In this document: in pieces, positions 18,117 to 25,098 of the stretch
How the letters are laid out: every line of letters begins with the position of its first letter
How positions within the stretch are numbered: position 1 is the first letter of the stretch
Source of the DNA: an uncultured Candidatus Saccharibacteria bacterium
GTDB taxonomy: Bacteria; Patescibacteriota; Minisyncoccia; Phycocordibacterales; UBA2100
Reading direction: 5' to 3'
Assembly (NCBI GenBank): GCA_964373725.1
Contig: CAYJVW010000001.1
Location: 18,192 to 50,342, forward strand
DNA: 32,151 nucleotides
Program-made: the position numbers and the translations under genes
The notes under the pieces: model-generated
Database searches by the model: none
Told to the model about the DNA's origin: nothing
What the model saw: only the letters and a program-made list of their open reading frames with translations

Positions 18117-19088
18117 ATGATTGTCCGGTCGGACAATTATAGTCATATCGTTTCGGTCTGCATCGGCGTATGCGGGGTAAGTGCTACACTCATCGATATG
18201 TACTGGGGCGATGATTTGGACGAGCGGCTGTTTGAGGGCTTGGAAGATACCGAAGTCGAAGAGGGGGTGGAGCTTCCGAGTGGTGTTTCTGTGCCGATAA
18301 CGCACTGGAGCTACTCGTCGCTGATATCATTCCTGCGGAATCCCTTGGCGTGGTACAAGCGGTATGTTGAGAAGGTGTACGACCAACCTACGTCGCCATC
18401 GGGGATTATCGGGCGCGCCGGTCACGTCGCTCTCCAGCATTTCTACGGTGGTATTGCGAAAGTGGGCGCAATAGAGCTCGGACTTGGATATTTGCAAAAT
18501 GTTCCTGATTTTGAGGTGAACTTCGGCAAAGCGGCGCGGACAAAGAAAGCGAGGAAGGAGAAACGAAAAGCGATGGAGCGAGAGTATTTGCAGGCAATCG
18601 GTTTTTATTTGGAAAAGCCGCCACAATATGATGTTGTCGGAGTGGAGGTGAAAGCAACGACGAAAGTGGAAGGGCTCGCGCTTCCCATACGGGCAATCTC
18701 GGATCTCGTCGTTAAATCAGTCGTTGATAAAAAATCACTCGACATCGTGGATCACAAGTTTGTGGATTATTTCAGCGCGCTCGGCAGCCAAAAAACTCTG
18801 TTCATTATTCAGGCGATTTTCAACTATTACACCGTTAAAAATACCTATGGCAAACCAGTTAAGCGATTCATTTTGCACGAATGTCGGAAGCGAAGAAATG
18901 CTGATGGCTCAAAGCAGATTCGGCGATATATCATCGAGTACAAAAATTGCAAAGAGGAGTTCGCGATCTTCCACCGACTTCTAAACGACGCGACTGCGGA
19001 AATAGCTCGCTCGCGGCTCTATCTCCCGAATCCCTCAGATATGTTCGAAGGCGAGAATTCATTCGACATTTATCGATTAGGGCTATAG
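18117..19088 (+). CDS. PD-(D/E)XK nuclease family protein (RecB/Cas4-like fold, no Cys cluster seen)
   Basis: N-terminal WSYSSLISFLRNPLAWYKRYV is followed by ISDLVV ... LDIVDHKFV (a D...D-x-K arrangement). The ORF-track start at 17790 overlaps the HIT gene. Realistic starts are ATG 18117 or 18198. Confidence 0.68.
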   Translation: MIVRSDNYSHIVSVCIGVCGVSATLIDMYWGDDLDERLFEGLEDTEVEEGVELPSGVSVPITHWSYSSLISFLRNPLAWYKRYVEKVYDQPTSPSGIIGRAGHVALQHFYGGIAKVGAIELGLGYLQNVPDFEVNFGKAARTKKARKEKRKAMEREYLQAIGFYLEKPPQYDVVGVEVKATTKVEGLALPIRAISDLVVKSVVDKKSLDIVDHKFVDYFSALGSQKTLFIIQAIFNYYTVKNTYGKPVKRFILHECRKRRNADGSKQIRRYIIEYKNCKEEFAIFHRLLNDATAEIARSRLYLPNPSDMFEGENSFDIYRLGL

Positions 19089-19095
19089 CGGAAGT

Positions 19096-19133
19096 ATACG
19101 ATAACTCCGTCCGGTCGAACATAGTTATCGTAT
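19096..19133. repeat. Family E palindrome (ATACGATAACT...AGTTATCGTAT), degenerate copy
   Basis: It shares both 11 nt arms and the following GAG with 28330..28367, and begins 8 nt after the nuclease stop codon. Confidence 0.6.
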
Positions 19134-19160
19134 GAGCATTTCTGCATTTCTGCCGTCTGA

Positions 19161-19200
19161 CCGACAAGTCAGACTTGTATCTACAAGTCTGACTTGTCGG
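19161..19200. repeat. Perfect 40 nt palindrome at a convergent gene junction (terminator-like)
   Basis: CCGACAAGTCAGACTTGTA-TC-TACAAGTCTGACTTGTCGG. Each arm is itself a 15 nt near-palindrome (ACAAGTC-N-GACTTGT). No flanking U-tract is present. Confidence 0.8.
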
Positions 19201-19217
19201 CGCTTGGATTTACCCCA

Positions 19218-19994
19218 CTATTCCAAGAGCGTATCGATGAGTCCTTTTACCACATTGTATGGCTGTGCGCCTTCGAGTGGGATTTGCTCGCCGTCCACGA
19301 TAAGAATTGAGTGCGGCGTGCCTTGGCCGCCTGCTGCTGCGACCTCATTGTAATCTGTGGTGACGCGCGATGCATACTTGCCGCTTTGCAAACATGATTC
19401 GAACTGCTCGACGTTGAGGCCGAGTTCGCGCGCGAAATCAGAGAGCTGTCCCGCGTCCGTATTGCTTCTGGGAGATTTCTGCGAGTAGTATGGCTGTCCA
19501 TCGGGGCCTTTCGGAGCGTCCTTTGGAGAATTATAAACTCCAATATCGAGTGAATTGTTCGAATTCGTCGTCTCATATACTTTGTCGGTGAATTTCCAGA
19601 ATGTCTCATTTCCTCCCTGCTCGGCGGCGCACTCAAGCGCCTCGGCCTCTTTCGGCGCTTTTGGGTGCAACTGTTCGATAGGGAAGTGTCGGTACACCCA
19701 CGCTACTTTTCCGCTTGAGCCGTATTCGCTTATGATCTGATGCATTGTTTCGTGGAACTGTTTGCAGAACGGGCATTCGGCGTCCGAGAATTCGACAAGA
19801 ATTATGTCGGCTTCGGGATTTCCGAGGATATGATCATCCGCTTGAACGCCGCGGATTTTTTCAAGCACCGTCCCTTGGCCGGGATTAGCTGGGCCCGCGG
19901 GCTTTCCTCTGTTTACAAAAAATAAAGCGCTCGCGACAAGTGCACCCGCGATGACGATTGATATCGGGATAGAAAATTTTTGGAGTGCGTCCAT
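19218..19994 (-). CDS. DsbA-family thiol:disulfide oxidoreductase, membrane-anchored
   Basis: An N-terminal TM helix is followed by a thioredoxin fold with the CPFC active site (EFSDAECPFCKQFH) and a C-terminal GTPHSILIVDG block. Confidence 0.85.
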   Translation of the reverse strand: MDALQKFSIPISIVIAGALVASALFFVNRGKPAGPANPGQGTVLEKIRGVQADDHILGNPEADIILVEFSDAECPFCKQFHETMHQIISEYGSSGKVAWVYRHFPIEQLHPKAPKEAEALECAAEQGGNETFWKFTDKVYETTNSNNSLDIGVYNSPKDAPKGPDGQPYYSQKSPRSNTDAGQLSDFARELGLNVEQFESCLQSGKYASRVTTDYNEVAAAGGQGTPHSILIVDGEQIPLEGAQPYNVVKGLIDTLLE

Positions 19995-20027
19995 AGGAAC
20001 GGCTTGTATTTTTTTAGCTTACAACCT

Positions 20028-20061
20028 ACCTGCCCGCCGAAGCCTCGGCGTAGGCGGGCAG
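20028..20061. repeat. Family F GC-rich hairpin repeat (inverted relative to 8906..8936)
   Basis: ACCTGCCCGCCGAAGCCTCGGCGTAGGCGGGCAG. The outer stem is CTGCCCG/CGGGCAG and the inner stem is CCGA/TCGG. Confidence 0.55.
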
Positions 20062-20155
20062 AAAAATACTGGAGCAGTATAACATGCACGATCAGCAACA
20101 AGAGACCGCGAGTTTTTAGAGCACTAGATTATCCTCCGGTCAACTTTCCTTCGTA

Positions 20156-20187
20156 TTACACTTTTACCCCATGGGCTAAAAGTGTAA
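20156..20187. repeat. Hairpin immediately downstream of the exonuclease gene (terminator-like)
   Basis: TTACACTTTTA-CCCCATGGGC-TAAAAGTGTAA has an 11 bp perfect stem. It lies 6 nt beyond the stop of the - strand ORF and has no U-tract. Confidence 0.45.
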
Positions 20188-20193
20188 CATTGG

Positions 20194-20766
20194 CTAAAAC
20201 CCTAACGTCTGTGTCAAGGGGCGTGTGTCACCGACAAGCCATTTTGAGGTATCAAGCACTACGCTCTTTATCTCTCCCAGCTCCTTGTATTTAAGCGACC
20301 CGCGCTTAACCGCATAGTCAAAGACTTTTTTTGTGATTTCCACGTCTTTCAGGCAGTACTCGCGAAGTTTTTTGATGTTGCCTTCTTTCCACCAATGCAT
20401 GGCATCAAGGCCGCTTCCGCTTTTCTTCGCGCCAAGCGTGCCTTCTGCGACGGCATCGAGCTTCACTCGCCGTCCGAGTACGTTCGTTATCTCGGCAAGG
20501 AGATCAATCGAACGCATAGTAGAGAGGTCGCCGGGGTAGTATTTATTAAGAATGGGAATATCGAAATGGTCGGAATTGAAACCGACAAGCACATCTGCTT
20601 GCTCAAAGAGTTTCCACAATCGTGGCAAGTCCTCTTTCAGGAATGTATCGTACGAGTCGGTGGCCGAGTCATGCGTACAGCAAATCGTCATCTCAAGGTC
20701 GTTAATATTCCACACACCGCGCGAAAACCCGCCGATGGTTTCTATATCGAATGTGACAATGCGCAT
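20194..20766 (-). CDS. RNase H-like / DnaQ-like 3'-5' exonuclease domain protein
   Basis: MRIVTFDIET (ExoI DxE), LVGFNSDHFDIPIL (ExoII) and REYCLKDVEIT (ExoIII-like) are present. I trimmed the start to ATG 20766 because the 14 upstream codons lie in the word-repeat spacer. Confidence 0.75.
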   Translation of the reverse strand: MRIVTFDIETIGGFSRGVWNINDLEMTICCTHDSATDSYDTFLKEDLPRLWKLFEQADVLVGFNSDHFDIPILNKYYPGDLSTMRSIDLLAEITNVLGRRVKLDAVAEGTLGAKKSGSGLDAMHWWKEGNIKKLREYCLKDVEITKKVFDYAVKRGSLKYKELGEIKSVVLDTSKWLVGDTRPLTQTLGF

Positions 20767-20770
20767 ACGA

Positions 20771-20799
20771 GTTCGTAGATAGTAGTACGTAGTTCGTAG
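20771..20799. repeat. Left inverted repeat (TACG-word array) flanking the four-helix-bundle gene
   Basis: Sequence is GTTCGTAGATAGTAGTACGTAGTTCGTAG. Positions 20787..20799 are the perfect complement of 21153..21165. Confidence 0.65.
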
Positions 20800-20811
20800 A
20801 GAACACAAGCG

Positions 20812-21150
20812 CTACCTGTTAATCATCTTATTTAACATCCGCATTACTTCATCAAGCAGCGATTCGGTTGATCTCAAATCAGCAGCGTCTCCATATCCGA
20901 GTCGCCAGCTTGCCTCTAACTGTGTTTCAAGTTCCGAACCTGACCCAAAAGCAATGACCAGAAAGTTTCTTCCATCTTTTCCGCGTCGTCTACTACCTTC
21001 CGCGATGTTAGAGGGAATTGAAACAGCGGCACGTCTCATTTGAGAAGTAAGTCCGAAATTTTCATGCGTCGGGAATTTAGAGGTAAATTTATACACGAGA
21101 ACCAACACATCCATACTTTTCTGCCAGACAGTAAGCTGTCGATAATCCAT
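20812..21150 (-). CDS. Four-helix-bundle protein (23S rRNA intervening-sequence protein / Avd-like family)
   Basis: LTVWQKSMDVLVLVYKFTSKFP ... LTSQMRRAAVSIPSNIAEG ... GSGSELETQL is the signature of the TIGR02436 / PF05635 family. The protein is 112 aa. Confidence 0.88.
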   Translation of the reverse strand: MDYRQLTVWQKSMDVLVLVYKFTSKFPTHENFGLTSQMRRAAVSIPSNIAEGSRRRGKDGRNFLVIAFGSGSELETQLEASWRLGYGDAADLRSTESLLDEVMRMLNKMINR

Positions 21151-21182
21151 ACTACGAACTACGTCCTACGTACTACGTACTA
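21151..21182. repeat. Right inverted repeat (TACG-word array) flanking the four-helix-bundle gene
   Basis: ACTACGAACTACGTCCTACGTACTACGTACTA fills the whole spacer between the hisS stop and the four-helix-bundle start. Confidence 0.65.
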
Positions 21183-22442
21183 TCCCAGCGAGCTGAACAA
21201 ATGCTCTGCAATCCTATCCGCGGGCAGAGTCATTTCGCTTCCGCTCGCAAGATTCTTGATCGTGTATTTGCCGGAGTCGCGTTCTTGGGCGCCGACCGCG
21301 ATAACGAACGGAATTTTCATTTTGTCGGCCTGCCTGACTTGGTCTCCGACGCGTTTGCCGGAGTAGTTCACCGCGACAGTTACATCCTCGCGCCGCAGAT
21401 CTTGCGCGAGCTTATTCGCGTGTACCAGGGCTCCCGGCTCAACGACGCAAAGCATCAGCTCGGTCGCAGGGGCGTATTTAGGAAGCAAATTATGGGTTTC
21501 GAGGAAATCCCGTGCCGTCACATCTCCCATCGCGAAGCCGACTGCAGGAATGGATTCTCCGCCGAACAGCGAGAGAAGATTGTCATAGCGTCCGCCACCG
21601 AACATGGAGCGTTTGTTTTCGCCGGAGGTATCGAAAACCTCGAATACCATGCCGGTATAGTAGTCGAAGCCGCGCGTCACGCTCATGTCTACGACTGCGT
21701 TTCCAACACCGAGCGACTTGAGCTGCGCCATAAGCTGCTCGAGGTAGGCGGTCGAAGTCATGCGACCCAGGTGATCCGTAAGTTTGAGAGCGGTTTCTTT
21801 TTTGACCAGCTTTTCCAGCTGCTCTTTAAAATCATCGATTTTTTCTCGGCGGTCCAAGAGGCGAGTTGTTGCTGGGCGCGCATCTTTTTCAACGCCGCTT
21901 TCGTCAAACGCCGCATCGAGAAAGCGGCGGTCGGATACGCGAATCTCGAAATTTCGCTCGTCAGTCCCGAATGCGCGCATGATGGAGTGCGCGAGAGCAA
22001 TTACTTCGGCGTCAGCCTCGATGCCGGCCACGCCGACGATATCGGCATTCAATTGCCAGTGCTCGCGAAGGCGGCCTTTCTGCGGGCGTTCATAGCGGAA
22101 GACATTTGGCACCGAATACCACCTAGCGGGAAAGGGAAGCTCGCGTTTTCTCGCCGCGACCATACGGGCGAATGTCGGTGTCATCTCTGGCCGCAGCGTT
22201 ACTTCTCTGTCACCGCGATCTGTGAATGTATACGTCTGCTCGTTTACGATCTCCTCGGATGTCTTATTGCGATATAGCTCTGCAGGCTCCAAGACCGACG
22301 CATTATATTCTTCATAGCCGAACAATTCGCACATGCGTTCCCAATGCTCGAAAATATAGCGCTGAATGAATTGATCTTCGGGGTAGAAATCTCGGACTCC
22401 CTTATAGGACTCTGTGGATAGTTTTCCGTTTTTATGCGACAT
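21180..22442 (-). CDS. hisS: Histidine--tRNA ligase
   Basis: YKGVRDFYPED, class II motif 2 (FRYERPQKGRLREHWQLNADIVG), GGGRYDNL and a C-terminal anticodon-binding domain are present. I trimmed the start to ATG 22442 (MSHKNGK...). Confidence 0.93.
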   Translation of the reverse strand: MSHKNGKLSTESYKGVRDFYPEDQFIQRYIFEHWERMCELFGYEEYNASVLEPAELYRNKTSEEIVNEQTYTFTDRGDREVTLRPEMTPTFARMVAARKRELPFPARWYSVPNVFRYERPQKGRLREHWQLNADIVGVAGIEADAEVIALAHSIMRAFGTDERNFEIRVSDRRFLDAAFDESGVEKDARPATTRLLDRREKIDDFKEQLEKLVKKETALKLTDHLGRMTSTAYLEQLMAQLKSLGVGNAVVDMSVTRGFDYYTGMVFEVFDTSGENKRSMFGGGRYDNLLSLFGGESIPAVGFAMGDVTARDFLETHNLLPKYAPATELMLCVVEPGALVHANKLAQDLRREDVTVAVNYSGKRVGDQVRQADKMKIPFVIAVGAQERDSGKYTIKNLASGSEMTLPADRIAEHLFSSLG

Positions 22443-22477
22443 ACATGTTAAGTGCTTCGTTCTTATCTTTAGCTGCA

Positions 22478-22577
22478 GGGCAAGTATCAAGTATCAGGTA
22501 ACAAGTATCAAAAAAATGAATAAGTATCAAGGATCAAGACTTTGCTACTTGAATATTGGTATTTGTTTGATACCTGA
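22478..22577. repeat. Family B element (AAGTATCA word array with a degenerate inverse arm)
   Basis: Four forward AAGTATCA words lie in 22482..22529, followed by TTGATACCTGA. It starts GGCAAGTATCA like the 26778 copy and lies upstream of hisS. Confidence 0.6.
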
Positions 22578-22583
22578 CACATG

Positions 22584-23126
22584 TCACTTGGTACTTTCAT
22601 TCTTAGAATGACCCATCTGCTGCAAAATGACGGTTCTGACATTGTTCGGATCCGGGATGCCCTCGATCTTTGCGTATTCATTCGTGGGGCCCGCGGTTTG
22701 AATTTCCAGCGAGCCGTATCCGAGAAGCGTTTGCAACACGTTCTCGCTGTGTACGGTGATTTCCTGCACTCGCTCCATGCCCCACGTCGCGACGCGGCGA
22801 TTGAACAGGCTGATCTGCTCAATATTAAAAATTCGCCGATTCGTGATGATCCAGATGTCCAGATAGTAGTCTACCCAGATCGTACACAGTGCCATCCAGA
22901 CAACGAGCAGCCAAAGCGCAGTGGCGAAGCTCGCGAGGGCTCCCGCCCCTACCGCGTCGAAGTAGAGGGATGGCACCGTGCGCGCGATGATAGGAATAAT
23001 GATGAAGGGGAGAAGACCGAGCAGTAGTGTGCCCGCGGTATCGCGCACAAGAATGATCCAATGCTTGCGGACTTTCAGAATTATCTTCTCTCCCTCGTCG
23101 ATTTTGATGCGATCTGCTCCGGACAT
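22584..23126 (-). CDS. Bacterial PH-domain (bPH_2, YdbS/YdbT-like) membrane protein
   Basis: E-KIILKVRKHWIILV is followed by two TM helices and then a PH-like C-terminal domain (ITNRRIFNIEQ ... GSLEIQTAG). Confidence 0.8.
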   Translation of the reverse strand: MSGADRIKIDEGEKIILKVRKHWIILVRDTAGTLLLGLLPFIIIPIIARTVPSLYFDAVGAGALASFATALWLLVVWMALCTIWVDYYLDIWIITNRRIFNIEQISLFNRRVATWGMERVQEITVHSENVLQTLLGYGSLEIQTAGPTNEYAKIEGIPDPNNVRTVILQQMGHSKNESTK

Positions 23127-23127
23127 A

Positions 23128-23260
23128 CCCGCACACTAATTTTGTCGTAATTCCTGTCGAGATATATCCAGCGACCTCTGGAGAGTCAGTGCATTGGTGC
23201 TTTCATTGAGAATGAATCGGATTGTGTTCATACGAGACAACGACAAATTTAGTGTGCGGG
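23128..23260 (-). promoter_or_regulatory. Long-range 20 nt inverted repeat enclosing a 93 nt spacer, abutting the start codon of the bPH gene
   Basis: CCCGCACACTAATTTTGTCG (23128..23147) pairs with CGACAAATTTAGTGTGCGGG (23241..23260) at 19 of 20 positions. The proximal arm ends 1 nt from the ATG at 23126. Confidence 0.5.
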
Positions 23261-23267
23261 CATACGT

Positions 23268-23537
23268 CTATAGCGCCACGATCGCGGCGAACATGATGGA
23301 AATGAGAAGCAGGCACCCTGCTGCATACGCCGTGATAGCCGTAGCCGAAATCGCCATATTCATCGCGAAGCGCGTTAAATGAAATGCGAGAATTCCGCCG
23401 AGCACAATCGAGAGCAAGGTGGCTGCAGAAAAAAGCACCCACCCGCTTGTTTGTACGAATTGAACAGTGAGTGCGCCGTCGGGCATAGACACAGTATAAG
23501 GCAAAAGTAAAAAGGCAGAAGGCAAACGAGGGGGCAT
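23268..23537 (-). CDS. Hypothetical small membrane protein (2 predicted TM helices)
   Basis: Hydrophobic stretches are WVLFSAATLLSIVLGGILAF and AITAYAAGCLLLISIMFAAIVAL. The start is uncertain (23537 or 23486). The ORF-track N-terminus runs into the family D palindrome. Confidence 0.35.
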   Translation of the reverse strand: MPPRLPSAFLLLPYTVSMPDGALTVQFVQTSGWVLFSAATLLSIVLGGILAFHLTRFAMNMAISATAITAYAAGCLLLISIMFAAIVAL

Positions 23538-23548
23538 GCCGTCTTTCG

Positions 23549-23593
23549 CAAAGGGTAACCCTTTGTGTTTCCACAAAGGGTAACCCTTTGTGG
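23549..23593. repeat. Family D palindrome doublet
   Basis: CAAAGGGT-A-ACCCTTTG is at 23549..23565 and CCACAAAGGGT-A-ACCCTTTGTGG at 23571..23593. There is a 29 nt identity to the reverse complement of 1548..1576. Confidence 0.75.
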
Positions 23594-23678
23594 GGAAGGG
23601 CCTTTATATGAACACTAAAACTTTTCTCCACCTTTTACCCTGGATTGTTCTGGTATATAGTGCCAGTCCAATAGAAAT

Positions 23679-24107
23679 ATGCGTGCGGCGATTTTACATG
23701 CGCGGTTTGCCGTGCGGCGTTCAAAGCCGGGCCTCGGATACGGACTTTTCGCAGCTGCTTCAATAAGGGAAGGGGATTTTGTTCTTGAATATAAGGGACG
23801 GCATATTCCGAGCGCTGCGACAGACACAATGAAAACCCGGTATCTCTTTGAAGTAGACGCCTCGTGGACGATAGATGGCTCTTCTCGCGACAATACCGCG
23901 CGGTATATCAATCATTCATGCGCACCGAATTGCGAGGCGGAATTGAAAGACGGGAAAGTCTTGATTTTTGCTTCGCGGGATATTGAACACGGGGAAGAGC
24001 TTTCAATCGACTACGGTGAGGAATACTTTAAAGAATTCATCGAGCCATACGGCTGCAAGTGCGCCAAATGCACGCACCCTCGATTGGCATTCTGGCGACG
24101 CTTGTGA
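23679..24107 (+). CDS. SET-domain protein lysine methyltransferase
   Basis: GLGYGLFA, FVLEYKGRHI, ARYINHSCAPNCE (NHSC pseudoknot motif), ELSIDYG and a post-SET CKCAKC are present. The protein is 142 aa. Confidence 0.85.
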   Translation: MRAAILHARFAVRRSKPGLGYGLFAAASIREGDFVLEYKGRHIPSAATDTMKTRYLFEVDASWTIDGSSRDNTARYINHSCAPNCEAELKDGKVLIFASRDIEHGEELSIDYGEEYFKEFIEPYGCKCAKCTHPRLAFWRRL

Positions 24108-24121
24108 TAGATTACCTCCTA

Positions 24122-24493
24122 ATGTCAAAAACAACTATTTTTTGGGCGGTCGTGGTGCTGCTTATCGTCGGAGGTATCGGGAGTACCTGGTACATGAAAA
24201 CGCTGCCGGGGAAGTATGATGCGCTCGCGCAATGTCTTACGGAGAAAGGCGCTAAATTCTATGGCGCATTCTGGTGCCCGCATTGTCAAGAGCAAAAGCG
24301 CATGTTCGGCAATTCCGCAAAACTTCTTCCGTATGTGGAATGTTCAAATCCAGATCAAAAAACACAAACTCAAATCTGTATTGATATGAAAATCGAGCAA
24401 TATCCGACGTGGATATTTGCCGACGGCAGCAAACTGACAGGCGAGAAGCAACCAAAGGAATTGGCTGCAAAAGCAGGATGCCCCATCGAATAG
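24122..24493 (+). CDS. Membrane-anchored thioredoxin-like protein (CPHC active site)
   Basis: An N-terminal TM helix (IFWAVVVLLIVGGIG) is followed by KFYGAFWCPHCQEQK and YPTW. The start is trimmed to ATG 24122 to avoid overlap with the SET gene. Confidence 0.75.
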   Translation: MSKTTIFWAVVVLLIVGGIGSTWYMKTLPGKYDALAQCLTEKGAKFYGAFWCPHCQEQKRMFGNSAKLLPYVECSNPDQKTQTQICIDMKIEQYPTWIFADGSKLTGEKQPKELAAKAGCPIE

Positions 24494-24562
24494 CGGCTAG
24501 CGTATAGCGATTAGCGTATAGAAAAAACTCGTGAGAACTATATCTAAACGCTTATCGCTACC
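24492..24562. repeat. Family A hairpin element ending 2 nt before the dsbB-like ATG
   Basis: AGCGGCTAGCGT ... TAGCGTATAGAAAA ... CTAAACGCTTATCGCTACC are the same blocks, in the same order, as 383..459. Confidence 0.6.
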
Positions 24563-24564
24563 GT

Positions 24565-25098
24565 ATGTATTCTGTTGAAACCGTAAATTATCTTCTGGCA
24601 CTCGGAACTATCGCACTACAGGCAGGAACTATCGTACTCATTGTATTGTGGTTTTTGCGTAAGAAATCCGGTTTCTCCGAGCACGCGACGGTTGTAGGGA
24701 CTTGGGGTCTCTGGGTTGGGCTTGTTCTGTCGTTTGCAGGAGCTTTTTTAAATCTGTACTACAACGAAGTCCTCGGTATTCCGCCGTGCGATCTTTGCTG
24801 GTGGCAGCGTATTTTCTTATATCCGCAAGTCGTTTTGTTCGGCATGGCGCTTTTCAAGCGCGATAGTTATATCGCAGACTATTCGATTGTGCTCTCGATT
24901 ATTGGTGCAGGATTTGCGCTGTACCACCATTTTCTCCAAATGTTCCCGAATTCTCTGCCGTGTCCGGCAACTGGCGTCAGTTGCGCAACACGCATTCTCT
25001 TCGAATTTGGTTACATCACGTACCCATTGATGGCATTTTCACTGTTCGCGCTTTTGATCGTGCTGATGTTGTTTGTTCGCGCTAGACACTCGTCCTGA
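24565..25098 (+). CDS. Disulfide bond formation protein B (DsbB/BdbC family)
   Basis: Four TM helices, a first periplasmic loop PPCDLCWWQRIFLYP (CxxC) and a second Cys pair (PCPATGVSC). Confidence 0.85.
   Translation: MYSVETVNYLLALGTIALQAGTIVLIVLWFLRKKSGFSEHATVVGTWGLWVGLVLSFAGAFLNLYYNEVLGIPPCDLCWWQRIFLYPQVVLFGMALFKRDSYIADYSIVLSIIGAGFALYHHFLQMFPNSLPCPATGVSCATRILFEFGYITYPLMAFSLFALLIVLMLFVRARHSS

Noticed and set aside
21201-22277. 358 aa ORF antisense to hisS
   Set aside because: This is a shadow frame of a well-supported aminoacyl-tRNA synthetase gene, with no family resemblance.
22443-22490. 16-codon N-terminal extension of hisS, and likewise 20767..20808 for the exonuclease and 24059..24121 for the thioredoxin-like ORF
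   Set aside because: The extensions run into repeat spacers or the preceding gene. Internal ATGs give N-termini that match the family starts (MSHKNGK..., MRIVTFDIET, MSKTTIFW...).
22478-22577. Possible CRISPR array (repeated AAGTATCA words; also 26778..26907)
   Set aside because: The repeat unit is only 8 nt with a 7-14 nt period, there are no 25-40 nt unique spacers, and half of the copies are inverted. This is a hairpin or word array, not a CRISPR.
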